From Rebecca billardiae RCC1528 (lineage: Eukaryota; Protista; Haptophyta): DNA of 64,000 bases. Positions 1-11,539 of this stretch are shown here, one piece after another. Location of the stretch: NCBI GenBank assembly GCA_965240325.2, contig OZ251231.1:310001-374000 (forward strand), written 5' to 3'. The notes beneath the pieces were generated by a model, which was given only the letters and a program-made list of their open reading frames with translations, had not been told where the DNA came from and did not search any database. Each line of letters opens with the position of its first letter. The first letter of the stretch is position 1. The position numbers and the translations under genes were made by a program.

Positions 1-929
1 CGACTGAATACCATGCCGGCCAGCTTGTGCGTAGCGCACCGGCTGGCGCGCGCGTCACCCGGCATGCCGAAGGAAGGCCGCGTGGTGCAGCCCGCGTGAT
101 CACACTTGGGGCTCACCACGTTGACCATGCCGGCCAGCTTGTGCGTAGCGCACCGGCTGGCGCGCGCGTCACCCGGCATGCCGAAGGAAGGCACCTTGGT
201 GCAGCCGGCGTGATCACACTTGGGGCTCCTCACGTCGACCATGCCAGCCAGCTTGTGCGTAGCGCACCGGCTGGCGCGCGCATCGCCCGGCATGCCGAAG
301 GAAGGCTGCGTGGTGCAGCCCTCGTGATCACACTTGGGGCTCACCACGTCGACCATGCCGGCCAGCTTGTGCGCAGCGCAAACGCTGGCGCGCCGCTCGC
401 CCGGCATGCTGAAGGAAGGCACCTTGGTGCAGCCCGCGTGATCACACTTGCGGCTCACCACGTCGACCATGCCGGCCAGCTTGTGCGTAGCGCACCGGCT
501 GGCGCGCGCGTCGCCCGGCATGCCGAAGGAAGCAGGCACCTTGGTGCAGCCGGCGTGATCACACTTGGGGCCCTTCACGTTGACCATGCCGGCCAGCTTG
601 TGCGTAGCGCACCGGCTGGCGCGCGCGTCGCCCGGCATGCCAAACGAAGGCCACTTGGTGCAGCCGGCGTGATCACACTTGCGGCTCACCACGTCGACCA
701 TGCCGGCCAGCTTGTGCGTAGCGCACCGGCTGGCGCGCGCGTCGCCCGGCATGCCGAAGGAAGGCCGCGTGGTGCAGCCCGCGTGATCACACTTGGGGCC
801 CTTCACGTTGACCATGCCGGCCAGCTTGTGCGTAGCGCACCGGCTGGCGCGCGCGTCGCCCGGCATGCCAAACGAAGGCCACTTGGTGCAGCCGGCGTGA
901 TCACACTTGCGGCTCACCATGTCGACCAT
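1..929 (-). CDS. EsV-1-7 cysteine-rich repeat protein (8 tandem C-x4-C-x16-C-x2-H-x12 units); 3' end runs off the window edge
   Basis: Reverse complement from ATG 929 reads MVDMVSRKCDHAGCTKWPSFGMPGDARASRCATHKLAG-MVNVKGPKCDHAGCTTRPSFGMPGDARASRCATHKLAG... in 38-aa units, matching the EsV-1-7 motif spacing. The frame is open to position 1 (last residues MVFS), so it has no stop in the window and is missing from the ORF track. Confidence 0.85.
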   Translation of the reverse strand, partial: MVDMVSRKCDHAGCTKWPSFGMPGDARASRCATHKLAGMVNVKGPKCDHAGCTTRPSFGMPGDARASRCATHKLAGMVDVVSRKCDHAGCTKWPSFGMPGDARASRCATHKLAGMVNVKGPKCDHAGCTKVPASFGMPGDARASRCATHKLAGMVDVVSRKCDHAGCTKVPSFSMPGERRASVCAAHKLAGMVDVVSPKCDHEGCTTQPSFGMPGDARASRCATHKLAGMVDVRSPKCDHAGCTKVPSFGMPGDARASRCATHKLAGMVNVVSPKCDHAGCTTRPSFGMPGDARASRCATHKLAGMVFS

Positions 930-985
930 GCCGGCCAGCTTGTGCGTAGCGAGCGCACAGGCTGGCGCGCGTGTCGCCCGGCAGC
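11..985. repeat. 114-bp tandem repeat (8 units plus a degenerate ninth) encoding the EsV-1-7 motifs
   Basis: The ccatgcc anchor recurs every 114 bp (minus-strand ATG at 14, 128 ... 929; one unit carries +3 bp). A two-unit 228-bp higher-order duplication is visible (cccttcacgttgacc at ~571 and ~799). Confidence 0.95.
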
Positions 986-1161
986 GTCACCCGGACGGGC
1001 GCGCGTGGTGACGAGCTGCAGAGGGCTTGCCACCAAGTGTTGCCACGCTGCCGCACACGTGCGTCCATAAGGTTTCGTCAACTTACACCAGCCGCCAGCT
1101 CTCCAGCATGGTCCTCAGCTTTCGGAGCGGAATTGCATGCCTGCCGCATCCCTGACGCACA

Positions 1162-2226
1162 ATGGCGGGCGCGAGGCGCAACGCGAACGGCGGCGGTCGC
1201 GCTGAGCGCCGCGTTCGTTTCGTACAGCTCCTTCATCCTCGTGCCGGAGCACCAGCTCCTCTTCTGCTGCAAGATCGACAAGGTCGCGAGCCAGAACTTC
1301 CTGCAGCTCTGCTTCCGCGCGGTCCGCACGCCGCACGACCCGGCGCTGCGCAAGCAGCTGTTCGTGATGCAGAACACCAACACGCTGCGCTACTTCGGGC
1401 TGGGCGTGGAAGACGCCGCGGCGCGGCTGGCCGACCCGATGTGGCACGCCGCCGTCTTCTACAGAGAGCCGCTCGAACGCTTCGCCTCGGCGTACACGTC
1501 CAAGTGCACCGCGGGCCCCGACGGCGACATGGAATGATGGATGGCGCGCGCCATTGCTCGGAGGCATTCGGCGTGTCGCGCCCCAGCTTCGACGAGGCGG
1601 CGGCAGCGCTCGGGCGAGGGCGCGTGCGCAACCGGCACTGGATGCGGCAGTCTGAGCACTGCGGCGGGCTCAACGCCACCCTCGACGCGTACAAGACGAT
1701 CGAGCGCCTCGAGCCGACGCGCGCGCGCGCAGCCGTCGAGCGTATGCTGCGCGCGGTCGGGGTGGACGTGCGCGCGCTGGCGCCCGAGCTGGATAGGCTG
1801 TTCCCCGACGAGCACGCGCGCGCGGCGGTGCTGCGGAGCGTGTTGGGCGACCGCGCCCCGCACAAGCGGCCGGCGCTGCAGCCTGCGGACGGGTGGCGGC
1901 GTGCGTGGGCGAAGCGGCGTGCGCCCGCCGCGCCGAGCGGCAGCGGCCCCAGCAGCGGCAGCAGCAGCAGCCGCAGCAGCGGCAGCAGCCCCCGGCACAA
2001 CGCACACGTGACCACCGAGCTCGAGCGGCGCTACTACGCGAGCGACGCGGCGCTCGCGAGCGTCGTGCAGTACTACGCGGTGGCGGACTACGAGCTCTTC
2101 GACATGGCGTTGCCGCCAGTGGGCGGCCGCCCGGCTGCGTGCTGTCGAGCCAGCGCTCATGGCGCGGCTGGGCGGTCTCGGGCTCTCGGCGCGACAGCTG
2201 CCGGCGCGGCGCTCGACACTGAGTGA
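1162..2226 (+). pseudogene. Frameshifted carbohydrate sulfotransferase (Sulfotransfer_2/CHST-like)
   Basis: The 5'-PSB-like LLFCCKIDKVASQNF and 3'-PB-like VFYREPLERFASAY motifs lie in the 971..1537 frame, which stops at TGA 1535-1537. The C-terminal half (NRHWMRQSEHC...YYAVADYELFDM) lies in the 1162..2226 frame. There is no GT-AG intron at the break, which looks like an ~11-bp insertion near 1529-1539. Confidence 0.7.
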
Positions 2227-2556
2227 CTGAGTCCGAGGCGCGCCGCCGTGACACGCGTCCGAACCGGACAGCGACGCCAGGCGCCAGACGTCCAGAGACC
2301 AGAGGCCAGCGGTACCGGTGCGTCGCGGGCCGTAGCCCGTACTCGTAGCCGGCGTAGGCGGTCGACGCCGAGTCCGCGCGAGTGTATCAGTGCGCGTCGT
2401 ATCGGTGACTCGATGACTGCAGATTGACTGCTACCGCTACACAGTAAAGAAATCGATTTTCGGCGTTACCGTAACCCGTCCGCACTTCCGCCCAGTGGGG
2501 ATGCGCTGGAATTTTTTTCATGCCCGGTTCGCGGCACTGTTCGCGCCGCGATACTG

Positions 2557-2740
<184 letters not shown>

Positions 2741-3180
2741 CAGCTTTGAGAGCAGCAGTATCTGAGTAGTATGAAGTATAGTATATATATAGTAGTCTAT
2801 GCGCGCTGTATTATTACTGCGTGCTGATGTAGTGCAGCGCGCCGGTGACGCCACTCGCCGCACCGCCGCGGTGTCCGTGGGCACCGCCCTGCCGCGGGGC
2901 GCGGCCTGGACCTGGTACTTGGTAGCCGCGTCGCGACTAGCTTAGGCTCGGCTGCCTGCTTAGATCGTGCCCCACCTCACGGGCACCTGCTCAAGTCGCG
3001 CTCATCAAAGTGACTCGTCATGCGGCATGGCATGCTGGCGGCCATGCTGCTGCTCGTGAGTGCGGATCGCGGTCCTACTGCGGGCGGCGCCCAGAATTCA
3101 GAAAGTGCTCGCGGCCGAGTACCAGGCCGCTACGAGGTCCCATGGCGTTCGCTGCTGGGTCTGCTTCGACGACGACGTGC

Positions 3181-6100
3181 TCATCGCCCCCGGTGCCGCG
3201 GCAGCGACGAGCCCGCGGCGGCGCCGCCTCGTCCCGCGCCCGCGTCGTCCGCGCCCGCGTCCTGCAGCAGCAGCTGGCGGACGCGGCGGAAGATCTGCGT
3301 GAGCTCCTCGTGGGCCCAGCCGCGCTGGTGCGCCAGGACGAAGGTTGGGGGCAGCTCGATCAGCCGGATGAGCGCCTCGCCCACGAGCGTGCGGTCGTTC
3401 GCGTGCCACCGCCGCACCCACGCGCTCTCCGCCGCGCGGCACCACGCGTGCAGCGGGCGCTCGCGCCGGCAGCGCCGAAGCTCCTCGTGGAAGCGCTCGT
3501 CGAGCTCGGCCGGCTCGTGCTCCTCCCCGGGTGGCCTCGTGCGGAAGGGGATCTGGGTGGGCGGCAGGTGCGGCCGGAGCACCGCGTACTCGTGCTCGCG
3601 CAGGATCTTCGCGTGCTCCTTCGGCGCGCGCGCCACGTTGAGGATCGAGATGTGGTCGAAGCACACCAGGCCCCAGCGCTCGCGCGGCGAGTACTCCGCG
3701 AGGAGGTCCCTCCAGCCACCCATCTGCGCGATGTACTCGGTCTTGGGCATGGGCGCGAGGTTGGCGTGGCAGCCCCAGCGCTCGGTGTTCTCGCGCGTGG
3801 CGGCCGGCGAGGCGAACGCCGCCTTGATGTACGGCTGGAGCCAGTGGAACATCACCTGCGGCGCGGGCATGCACCGAGGCGCGGGCGCACGCGCGCGCGT
3901 GGCGAGGCGGCGCGCGCGTGAGCGCGGCGCGCGGCCGCTCAACGGAGCTCGGCGCGCACGGGCGCGTGTGTGCCGCCTCACGCGGCGCACGCCCCGGCGC
4001 GCGGGCACCGGCGCATCTCCCCCAGCCCCTGCGCGCCGCGCGGCGCGCGCGCACCTCGCGCGTGTCGCAGAACACCGGGTACTCCGGGTTGTTCCACGTG
4101 AGGTAGTGTCCGTACGTGAAGCCGTGATAAATGTTGGGCTTGACAAAGGCCGGCCGGGAGCGTGAGGCCCGGAAGCTGGCGGCGCTGTTGGCGGCGCTCA
4201 GGTTGCCGCCCGCCGCGGGCAGGCCGGAGACGGTGCGGAGGAAGTCGACGCACCCCATCGGGAACGACGCCTCCGACAGCCCCCGGCCGCCCACGTACCG
4301 CTGCACCCGCGCCGCCCAGCGCAGGAAGCTGCCCAGCCGCGGCAGCCGGTACCGCAGGCAGAAGGGCCGTGGCGGCGCGCTCGGTGCATCCAGCGTCTGT
4401 CCCGAGCTGCTGTCCTGCCACGGGAGGTGGTGGCGCAGCGGCAGTGCGAGCAGCTCGCCGAGGCTGAGCGGGTGGTCGAGCATCTCCTCCGCGCACAGGC
4501 GCGGCACGTGGTCCGGCTTGATCTGCGCCTCGAGCTCGAGGGTGAAGTCGAGCACGCGCCGAGCGCGCCGGCGCGCGCGCTCGGCGCGCGAGAGGCCGTC
4601 GTCAGCGCCCTCGCCCGCCGCCGCCGCCGCGGTGCTCGGCGCTGCGGGCGGCGGGAAGGCGAGCACGTTAGGCAGGAAGTCGACGTTCGACTCGCTCGGC
4701 GCGCGCTGCGCCGACCCGCGCGGCGGCGGCGCGGCGGCCGGTGGCGCGGGCCACAGCACGTCGGCGCGAGGCGGCGCGTCAGTGCGCAGATGGGAGAGCT
4801 CAATCATCGCCAGGCCGACGGCGAGCGCCGCCGCGAGCGCCGCCGCCGCCGCCGCGCCGTACAGCAGGCCGGCGCCGTGGTCGGCGGCGGCGCCGGGCGT
4901 GGCGCTCGGGGCGCCGCCGCCCTCGCCGCCGAGGAGCCCACGCAGCGCCGCGGGCACGCGCACCGACGGCGCGGGCACGCGCCGCAGCACCGAGCCCAGC
5001 GCGCCGCCCGCGCGGCCGCACGCGGCACACAGCGCGCTGGCTGCGAGGTCGTGGAGCCAGAAGAGCGCCTGCGCCGCGAACGGGACGGCGAAGAGCGCGG
5101 CGTACGGCGCGCAGCGCACGCGGTCGACGGTCATCGCGACGAGCACGCCCAGCGCGGCGAGCAGGATCGGGTGCGACGCGAAGCATGGCTCGCGCGGCCC
5201 GGCGAGCGCGCCCGCGTCCGCCCCGCCCGCAGGGCGCGCGGCGTCGGCCACGCGCTGCGGCGAGCCCGCGGCCGCGGCCTTGGCGCCGCCCTTCTTCGGC
5301 GGCTTGCCCGTGGCGAGCGGCGCGTCCGTCCCCTTGGACGGCGGCTCGTCCACGCCCGCCCACGCCGCCGCGCCCCGCCTCGCGGGCGCGAGCAGCGCGC
5401 CGAGCCCTCCGAGCGCCGCGCCGCCCACGAGCGCCGCGCACGCGTACGGCCAGCCCTCCTCCCAGTGCTTCGCGTCGAGCGTCTCGTGGTCGGGGTTGGT
5501 GAGGCGGTTGTACGTGGCGTAGCGCAGGTGTATCCACAGGATGCGGATCACGCGGTAGTGGTACGGCGTCACCAGGAACGACGCCACCGTGAGCACGGCC
5601 CACGCGAGCCGGTGACCGACCGCGCGCGGCGCCTGCGGCAGCGCGAGCACGCACCCGATCGCGGCGCCGACGGCGAAGGGCGAGACGCCCGAGTGGAGCT
5701 GGCCGGAGAGCACGACGCAGCCGATCGCGAGCAGCGGCTTGCGCCCCGGCCGCCCGCCCGGCGCGAGCCACGCCTGCCAGATCGCCACGAACGCGTGGAA
5801 GCAGAGCGTCTCAGAGCGCAGCTGCAGCCGGTGCTTCGACGCGAAGAAGACGAGCGCCTGCGCGCACACGAGGCAGAGGAGCGAGCGCGAGGCGCAGGCG
5901 AGCGGCGTGGCGAGGAGGGCCGAGCGCCGCGCCTCCTCCGCCGTCCGCGCCGCGCGCCACCCGCCCGGCACGACGAGCCACGGCACGACGCCGCCGGCGC
6001 CGCCGAGCGCGACGTGCGCGTGCTCGGCGGCGAGCGTGCGCACGAGCGAGCCGACCTGCGCGAGCAGCGCGGCGACGTAGGCCACGCGCACGAGGATCAG

Positions 6101-6367
6101 CGGGCCGAAGTGCGCCGGCCCGCTGCACGTGAGCAGGTGCGCGTAGCGCAGCAGCAGCGTCGCGAGCCACTGCACGTTGAGCCACGCGCTGCCCTGCGAC
6201 GTGTAGCTCCACGCCTCGAGGTGCGGGAAGGTCCGGCTGACGCGCAGCTCCTCGCCCGCGCGGAGCTGCCAGAAGAGGTCCTGCTCCCAGATCGGGAACG
6301 TGCAGAACACGACCGCGAGGCCCACCGGCACCGTCCAAAGCGCCGCCGTGTGCCGCATCGAGCCCAT
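3181..6367 (-). CDS. Multi-pass membrane protein, bacterial-like GT-C-fold glycosyltransferase-like family; 2 exons (6367-4055, 3855-3181)
   Basis: N-terminal TM followed by QDLFWQLRAGE...PHLEAWSYT...WLNVQWL, many hydrophobic segments, and a C-terminal NIYHGFTYGHYLTW...PVFCDTRE motif. A GT-AG intron at 3856-4054 joins DTRE to VMFHWLQPY in phase 0. Confidence 0.65.
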
Positions 6368-6796
6368 GGTGATTGACGATGGCGCTCGCGTCGCGGCCCC
6401 GAACGCAAGGAGCAAGCCCGGGCGGCAAAGCCCAAACCAAGCGGCACGCTTTTTGTTTTTTTAGCTGCGCGCGTTCTCAACGTTTGACCTCCGTCAGGTG
6501 CCTGCGCTGCGCACTGGAGCACTGTTTCATCAGTTTAACTTTCATCAGTTTACTCCCTCTCTCACCTGGTTTACTATAGTGAGCAGCGAGTGGCTCGAAC
6601 GCGTCCACTCACTCTTTAGACAGTTGGCTCAAGGGCTAAAGGGCAGTCAGGCAAGCTATGAATCTTGTTGCGTCGGTATTTGTGGCGGTTAGTCATCATA
6701 GGCCGCGCGCCGTCGCCAGCGAATCTTGAGGCAGCCGTAGCGAATCCGCGCCGCTGTTGCGCGTGAGAGGCGTCGCCGCTGCGGAAGCTGAGCGTG

Positions 6797-7759
6797 ATGC
6801 AGCTCGTCCACCTGCATGCGCTGCCCAAGGGCTACTCGGTCGACATGACCAAGTCCTCCGGCTTCCGTGTCAACATGTCCTGGCGCGACGCCGCGCTCAC
6901 CGCGCTCGCGCCCGGCCACAACGAGTTTTGGAACTGCGTGACGGACGTGCTGCCCTTCTTCTTCTTCGGCGGCGCGTGCGCGGTGCTGGCGCACGCGGAT
7001 GCGTGGGCGCGCACGCCGCTGGAGCTGCAGCAGGCCATCATCGCCACCTCCGCCGGCACCTGCCTGCAGCACGTGTGCTCGCTCACCTCGCACATGTTCA
7101 CCTGCGTGTCCGCGCGGCTGTCGCACACCATCTGGTACGTCGACTACGCCGGCATCGCGCTCAACTTCGTGTGGAACGCGCCGGCGATGGCCCTCGTGTG
7201 GCGCTTCAGCACGTTCGCGCCGTACTGGCACCTCTGGCTCGGCGCGAACGTGGTGCTCACCGCGCTCACCCTGGGCGGCGCGATCGCGGGCACGGTGCTG
7301 CACAAGCCGACCAAGGCGGCGGCGCACGCGGAGACCGGGCCGGGCGAGAGCTGGGCGTCGATCTTCTTCGGGTACGGCGCGGCCTCGCTGCTGGCGATCG
7401 GCGTGCTCATCGTCCCGAACCTCGCGTTCACCACGCTCGCCGGGCTGCAGGCCGACGGCCGCGCGCTCGGCGTCGTGCTCGGGCTTCCGTTCGCCCTCGG
7501 GCTCAAGGAGGCGCACTTGCCTGAGCGACTCGTGCCCGGCTCGGGCCGCTTCGACTGCAGCTTCCTGCACTCGCACGTGCTGTGGCACCTGTGCGTGTGG
7601 GGCCTGCAGAGCTTCTACCTGCTCGCGTACATCCGCATCGTCGACGCGTACGCTGGCCACGAGCCAGCGTGGTCGAGCGGCGCTGCCAACGCGGCCGCGA
7701 CCTGCTTGGCAGCCGCTGCGCCCAATGGGACGAGCGTGTGCGGCGCGCTGCTCGGCTGA
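6797..7759 (+). CDS. PAQR / haemolysin-III (adiponectin receptor-like) 7-TM protein
   Basis: HNEFWNCVT, SHMF, VDYAGIA, HLPERLVPG..FD...HSHVLWH motifs; about seven hydrophobic segments. Confidence 0.9.
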   Translation: MQLVHLHALPKGYSVDMTKSSGFRVNMSWRDAALTALAPGHNEFWNCVTDVLPFFFFGGACAVLAHADAWARTPLELQQAIIATSAGTCLQHVCSLTSHMFTCVSARLSHTIWYVDYAGIALNFVWNAPAMALVWRFSTFAPYWHLWLGANVVLTALTLGGAIAGTVLHKPTKAAAHAETGPGESWASIFFGYGAASLLAIGVLIVPNLAFTTLAGLQADGRALGVVLGLPFALGLKEAHLPERLVPGSGRFDCSFLHSHVLWHLCVWGLQSFYLLAYIRIVDAYAGHEPAWSSGAANAAATCLAAAAPNGTSVCGALLG

Positions 7760-8095
7760 TCGTGGGCTGATCCGGCGACGGCCGGTGCCACGACGTCGAT
7801 GGCGAGTGCAGGAAGTCAGCGTCATCGGCGCGCAGCAGTGTTCGATGGCGCGGACCCGTTGTGCGGATGCCACCGACCAGCCAGGTGTGGTCTCAGGTCC
7901 GTCAGTATCTGACGAAGCTGGCATGCCGCATGGCAGAATTGGCAGATTGGCACGCAGATCAGACGCGCGATGATATATATTCTGATACTATGCGCCGCCG
8001 CTTGTGCATGATGCCACTCGGCGGCATCGTCACGTGACACGCTGCGACGGCCATGCATAGCGTATGTAAGCATCAGCAGCTACAGTTTTCAAAGT

Positions 8096-9553
8096 TCAGT
8101 GGCACGGCTGGATCACCGGCCGACCGGCCGTGGACGTGGTGCTTCTCTGGTGCGCTGTCCTCGCCATCCCTCCTGACGGGCACGCCGTGATGAACGCCTT
8201 CTTGGGGAAGCTGCCGAGCCCCGAGCAGAGCGCCTTGCATCGGCCAGGCTTGTCGATCTCGACGATCAGCACATCGCGCGCGAGCTCGCCCACCTGCTCG
8301 CCCTTGTGCAGCGCGTTTGTGTCGAAGAGAAAGCCGCCGCCGCGCGGCCCGCCGAGCCGCACCACCTCGTGCCCGGACTTTCCGGACTCGATCCACTCGT
8401 GCGCGAAGCGCGTGTCGAGCCAGGCGGAGCGCATGCTGTACCACACCGTGTTGTGCGAGCCGCGCGCGACCACCGTCGGCCGCCCGCGCGCCGGGTCGAC
8501 GTCGTGCAGGAAGATGAACAGCTTGAGCCGCCGGCCCGCGCGGTCGTGGTGCCAGTGGCTCGAGAGATAGGAGCGGCGCGCGCGGGCGCTCATGTTGTGC
8601 TCGAGGCGGAGGAGGGAGTAGCCGTACGCGCACGCGCCGCCGCGGACGCGCGGGCGCGGGGGCGTGGGGTCGAGGTACGCGCTCACCGCGCGGACCACCG
8701 CCTCGTCCGCGAGAAACGGCATGAGCAGCTCCGGCAGCTCGTCATCGCGCGCGGTGTAGACCGGGCGCCAGCCGTGCTCGGACTGCGCATTGTCTGCGCG
8801 CTTCGCGTCCAGCGCGCGCGCCCCGACTTCGGCGAGGCGGGCGATGTCGAGGCCGCGCCAGCGGGGCACGCGGACGAAGCCGTCGCGCGAGAGCCCGTCG
8901 TACAGCCTGCGCGCCTCCGCGCTCGGCCCGAGCGCCGCGTCGAGCACCGTCGGGTGCGGCATGCGGGCGGGCGTGTCCAGCCGCCACGCGGCGTCGACAA
9001 ACGGGAAGCTGGGCAGCGCGTGCACGTTCTTGTCGCGGGCGAGGAAGGTGAGGATGCGCGGCTCGCTGACAATCTGGGCCCACGGCTGCGCGTCCGCAAA
9101 GTACGCCTCGCGCACGGCGCGCAGCGGCGGCCAGCTCAGCACGGCGTCTGCGGCGGCGGTGGCGGTGCCGTTCATGTCTGCCGGCGGCGAGGCGAGGAGC
9201 GCGCTCGCGTCGACGCCGAGGTCGCCGACGGAGACGCCCGCGTCTACGGCCTGGCGGATGAGCGAGGTGGCCGTCCCGTTCGACGCGATCAGCGCGCAGA
9301 GCGCGCGCCGACGCGACGCGTACACCGCCTGCATCACCTCGCGCCCCGTCACGCCCTCGCGCACAACCCCGACCGGGCTGCCGGGCCGCTTGCGGGGGTA
9401 GAAGGCGAACGAGGTGAAGGCGGAGCTGGCGGCGGGGGAGAAAGGGACGGGGACACCCGCCACGCGCGCGTCTGGCCCGCACGCCGACGCCGAGTCCGGC
9501 ACCGACGACGGCGTCGCCACCGCGAGGATGCACGCCACCGCCAGGCCCGCCAT
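8096..9553 (-). CDS. Signal-peptide-bearing PhyH-like Fe(II)/2-oxoglutarate dioxygenase
   Basis: ATG 9553 MAGLAVACILAVA (signal-like); LSRDGFVRV; WHHD (HxD), LKLFIFLHDV, VVARGSH, FLFDTNALHKG (distal His). The part of the 8096..11662 ORF upstream of 9553 is largely antisense to MtnK. Confidence 0.8.
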   Translation of the reverse strand: MAGLAVACILAVATPSSVPDSASACGPDARVAGVPVPFSPAASSAFTSFAFYPRKRPGSPVGVVREGVTGREVMQAVYASRRRALCALIASNGTATSLIRQAVDAGVSVGDLGVDASALLASPPADMNGTATAAADAVLSWPPLRAVREAYFADAQPWAQIVSEPRILTFLARDKNVHALPSFPFVDAAWRLDTPARMPHPTVLDAALGPSAEARRLYDGLSRDGFVRVPRWRGLDIARLAEVGARALDAKRADNAQSEHGWRPVYTARDDELPELLMPFLADEAVVRAVSAYLDPTPPRPRVRGGACAYGYSLLRLEHNMSARARRSYLSSHWHHDRAGRRLKLFIFLHDVDPARGRPTVVARGSHNTVWYSMRSAWLDTRFAHEWIESGKSGHEVVRLGGPRGGGFLFDTNALHKGEQVGELARDVLIVEIDKPGRCKALCSGLGSFPKKAFITACPSGGMARTAHQRSTTSTAGRPVIQPCH

Positions 9554-9707
9554 TGTCGGGGTTGGTACGGCTCCGGCTGGGCCGATGTGCCTACCTACAC
9601 GTGCTTTTGAGCAAGCTGCGCATCCGCTCGGGAGCCGCTCGGACGGGTGCCGGCGCGAAAGGCGAGCGACCTTTTTGTTGCCCCCGCCGCGCGCGCCTGC
9701 TGCGGCG

Positions 9708-11539
9708 ATGGACTCGAGCTGGCTGCTGCGCCGGGCCGCGCAGTGCCTGGGCGTCTCGACTGAGCCCGTGGTGCTCGACGAGGCGGGGGCGGTGGAGTAT
9801 GTGAAGCGGCTCCTACCGCTGCGAGGCTCTGCACTGCGCCCCGACGACCAGCTCGTCGCCACCGAGATCCATGGCGGGTGCGGCGCTGCGCGAGCGCGGC
9901 GCGTGCGCGCTCGCGCGCGCGCACAGGCGCGCGCGGCTGAGCACCCCTGCGCGCCATGCCGACTCGCCGCGCCGCTGGTCTCCGCAGCAATCTGAACCGC
10001 TCCTTCCGCGTCGCCGCCGCCGCCGAGCCCGAGCGCTCCGTCTTCGTGAAGCACGCGCCGCCGTACGTGAAGGTGCTTGGGCCGAGCTCGCCGCTCCCGC
10101 GCTCGCGCGCGGCGCTCGAGTCGGCGGCGCTGCGCGTGTCGAACAACCTCGCGCCGCTGTACACGCCGGTGCACCTGCACTTCGACGCCGCCCGCGCCGC
10201 CCTCGTCATGGAGGACCTCAACGCGCACGAGCTGCTGCGCTCTGAGCTGCTCGCCGGCCGAGCGCACGCGTCGGACGCCGCCGCGCTCGGGCACTATCTC
10301 GGGCTGCTGCACGCGTTCACGTGGCGCGGCGCGCTGGGCGTGCGGCCCGAGGCGGTGGAGGCGTACTCGCTCACCTTCGCCAACGAGCCGCTCGTCGAGC
10401 TCACCTCGCAGTTCGTCTTCCGCCGGCCGTACGACGCGGCCGACCCGACGAATCGGATGGCGGTGCCGCCCGCGCCCGGCGCGGACGGCGGCGGCGGCGC
10501 GGGCGCGGGCGCGGAGGGCGCGCTGCTCAGCGCGGCGGCGGCTCTGCGCGCCGACGGGCGCGCGGCCGCCTCCGCGGCCGAGCTCGAGCGCGTCTTCCGC
10601 ACCTCGCGCCAGTGCCTCATCCACGGCGACCTGCACTCGGGCTCGGTGATGGTGCGGCGCTCCAGACGAACGAGTGCGGCCGAGGGCGCGGCCGTGGTCG
10701 AGCCCGGCGCGCAGTCGTACCAGACGGGGCGGCTGCGCGTGATCGACGCGGAGTTCATGATGTACGGCGCGCCCGCCTTCGACCTCGGCCTCGCCTTCGC
10801 CGCGTACGCCCTCGCGCGCGCGTGCCACGCGGCCGTGCCCGCAGGCGCGCCCGCGCGCGCCGACGCGGAGCATGCGGCGCGCCGCCTGGAGTTCGCCCTC
10901 GAGGCGCTGTGGGCGACGTACAGGCTGTACCTGGGGCGTGTGGCGGAGTCGGATGGCGCGGCGTCGACGGCGTGGGGCGACGCGCACAGGCGCTCGGAGC
11001 CGCGCGCCGCGCCGCCGAGCGCGGCCGCCGCCGGCGAGGCGGCCGCGTCTGCCGCTGCTGCGGTCGCCGCCGCACCCCTCGTTCGCGGCGCGGCGGGCGC
11101 CAGCGCGGGCGCCATCTCGGTGGCCGCCGGCGGCGGGAGCGACGCATCCCTGGCGCGAGGCAGCTCGGGGCTCAGCGCCGCCAAGGGCACCTCCAGCCGC
11201 GTGCTGCAGAGCCCGCCCATCGCCGACTCCGCGGGGCCCTCGGTGCTGGAGCTCCGCACGCTGCGCGAGGCGGCAGGGTTCATGGGCTGCGAGCTGGCGC
11301 GGCGCGTGCTGGGCGCGGCGAGCTGCCCCGAGCTGGACGCGATCGGCGGTGGCGAGGCGCGCGCGCGCGCGAGCCTCGCCGTGCTGCGCGCCGCCGAGCG
11401 CGCGCTCGAGCGCTGGCGCACCGTGCAGAGCATCGGAGAGGTGCTGCAGCTCGTGAGTACCGCCGACGTTGCGCGCGCCGCGGGCTCGGCCGGCGACGAC
11501 AGCGCCCCGCGCCGCTCCGGCTGCCTGCCGTGCGGTTGA
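9708..11539 (+). CDS. mtnK: 5-methylthioribose kinase (methionine salvage); 2 exons (9708-9877, 9988-11539)
   Basis: Splicing the GT-AG intron 9878-9987 restores EIHGGNLNRSFRV. Also VFVKHAPPYVK, LVMEDL, LIHGDLHSGSVMV, VIDAEFMMYG..AFDLG, AAGFMGCELARRVLG. Confidence 0.9.

Noticed and set aside
11-985. CRISPR-like array
   Set aside because: The units are contiguous 114-bp coding repeats without unique spacers, there are no cas genes, and the context is eukaryotic.
27-1070. 347-aa plus-strand repeat ORF
   Set aside because: Antisense shadow of the EsV-1-7 repeat frame; it has no recognisable motif of its own.
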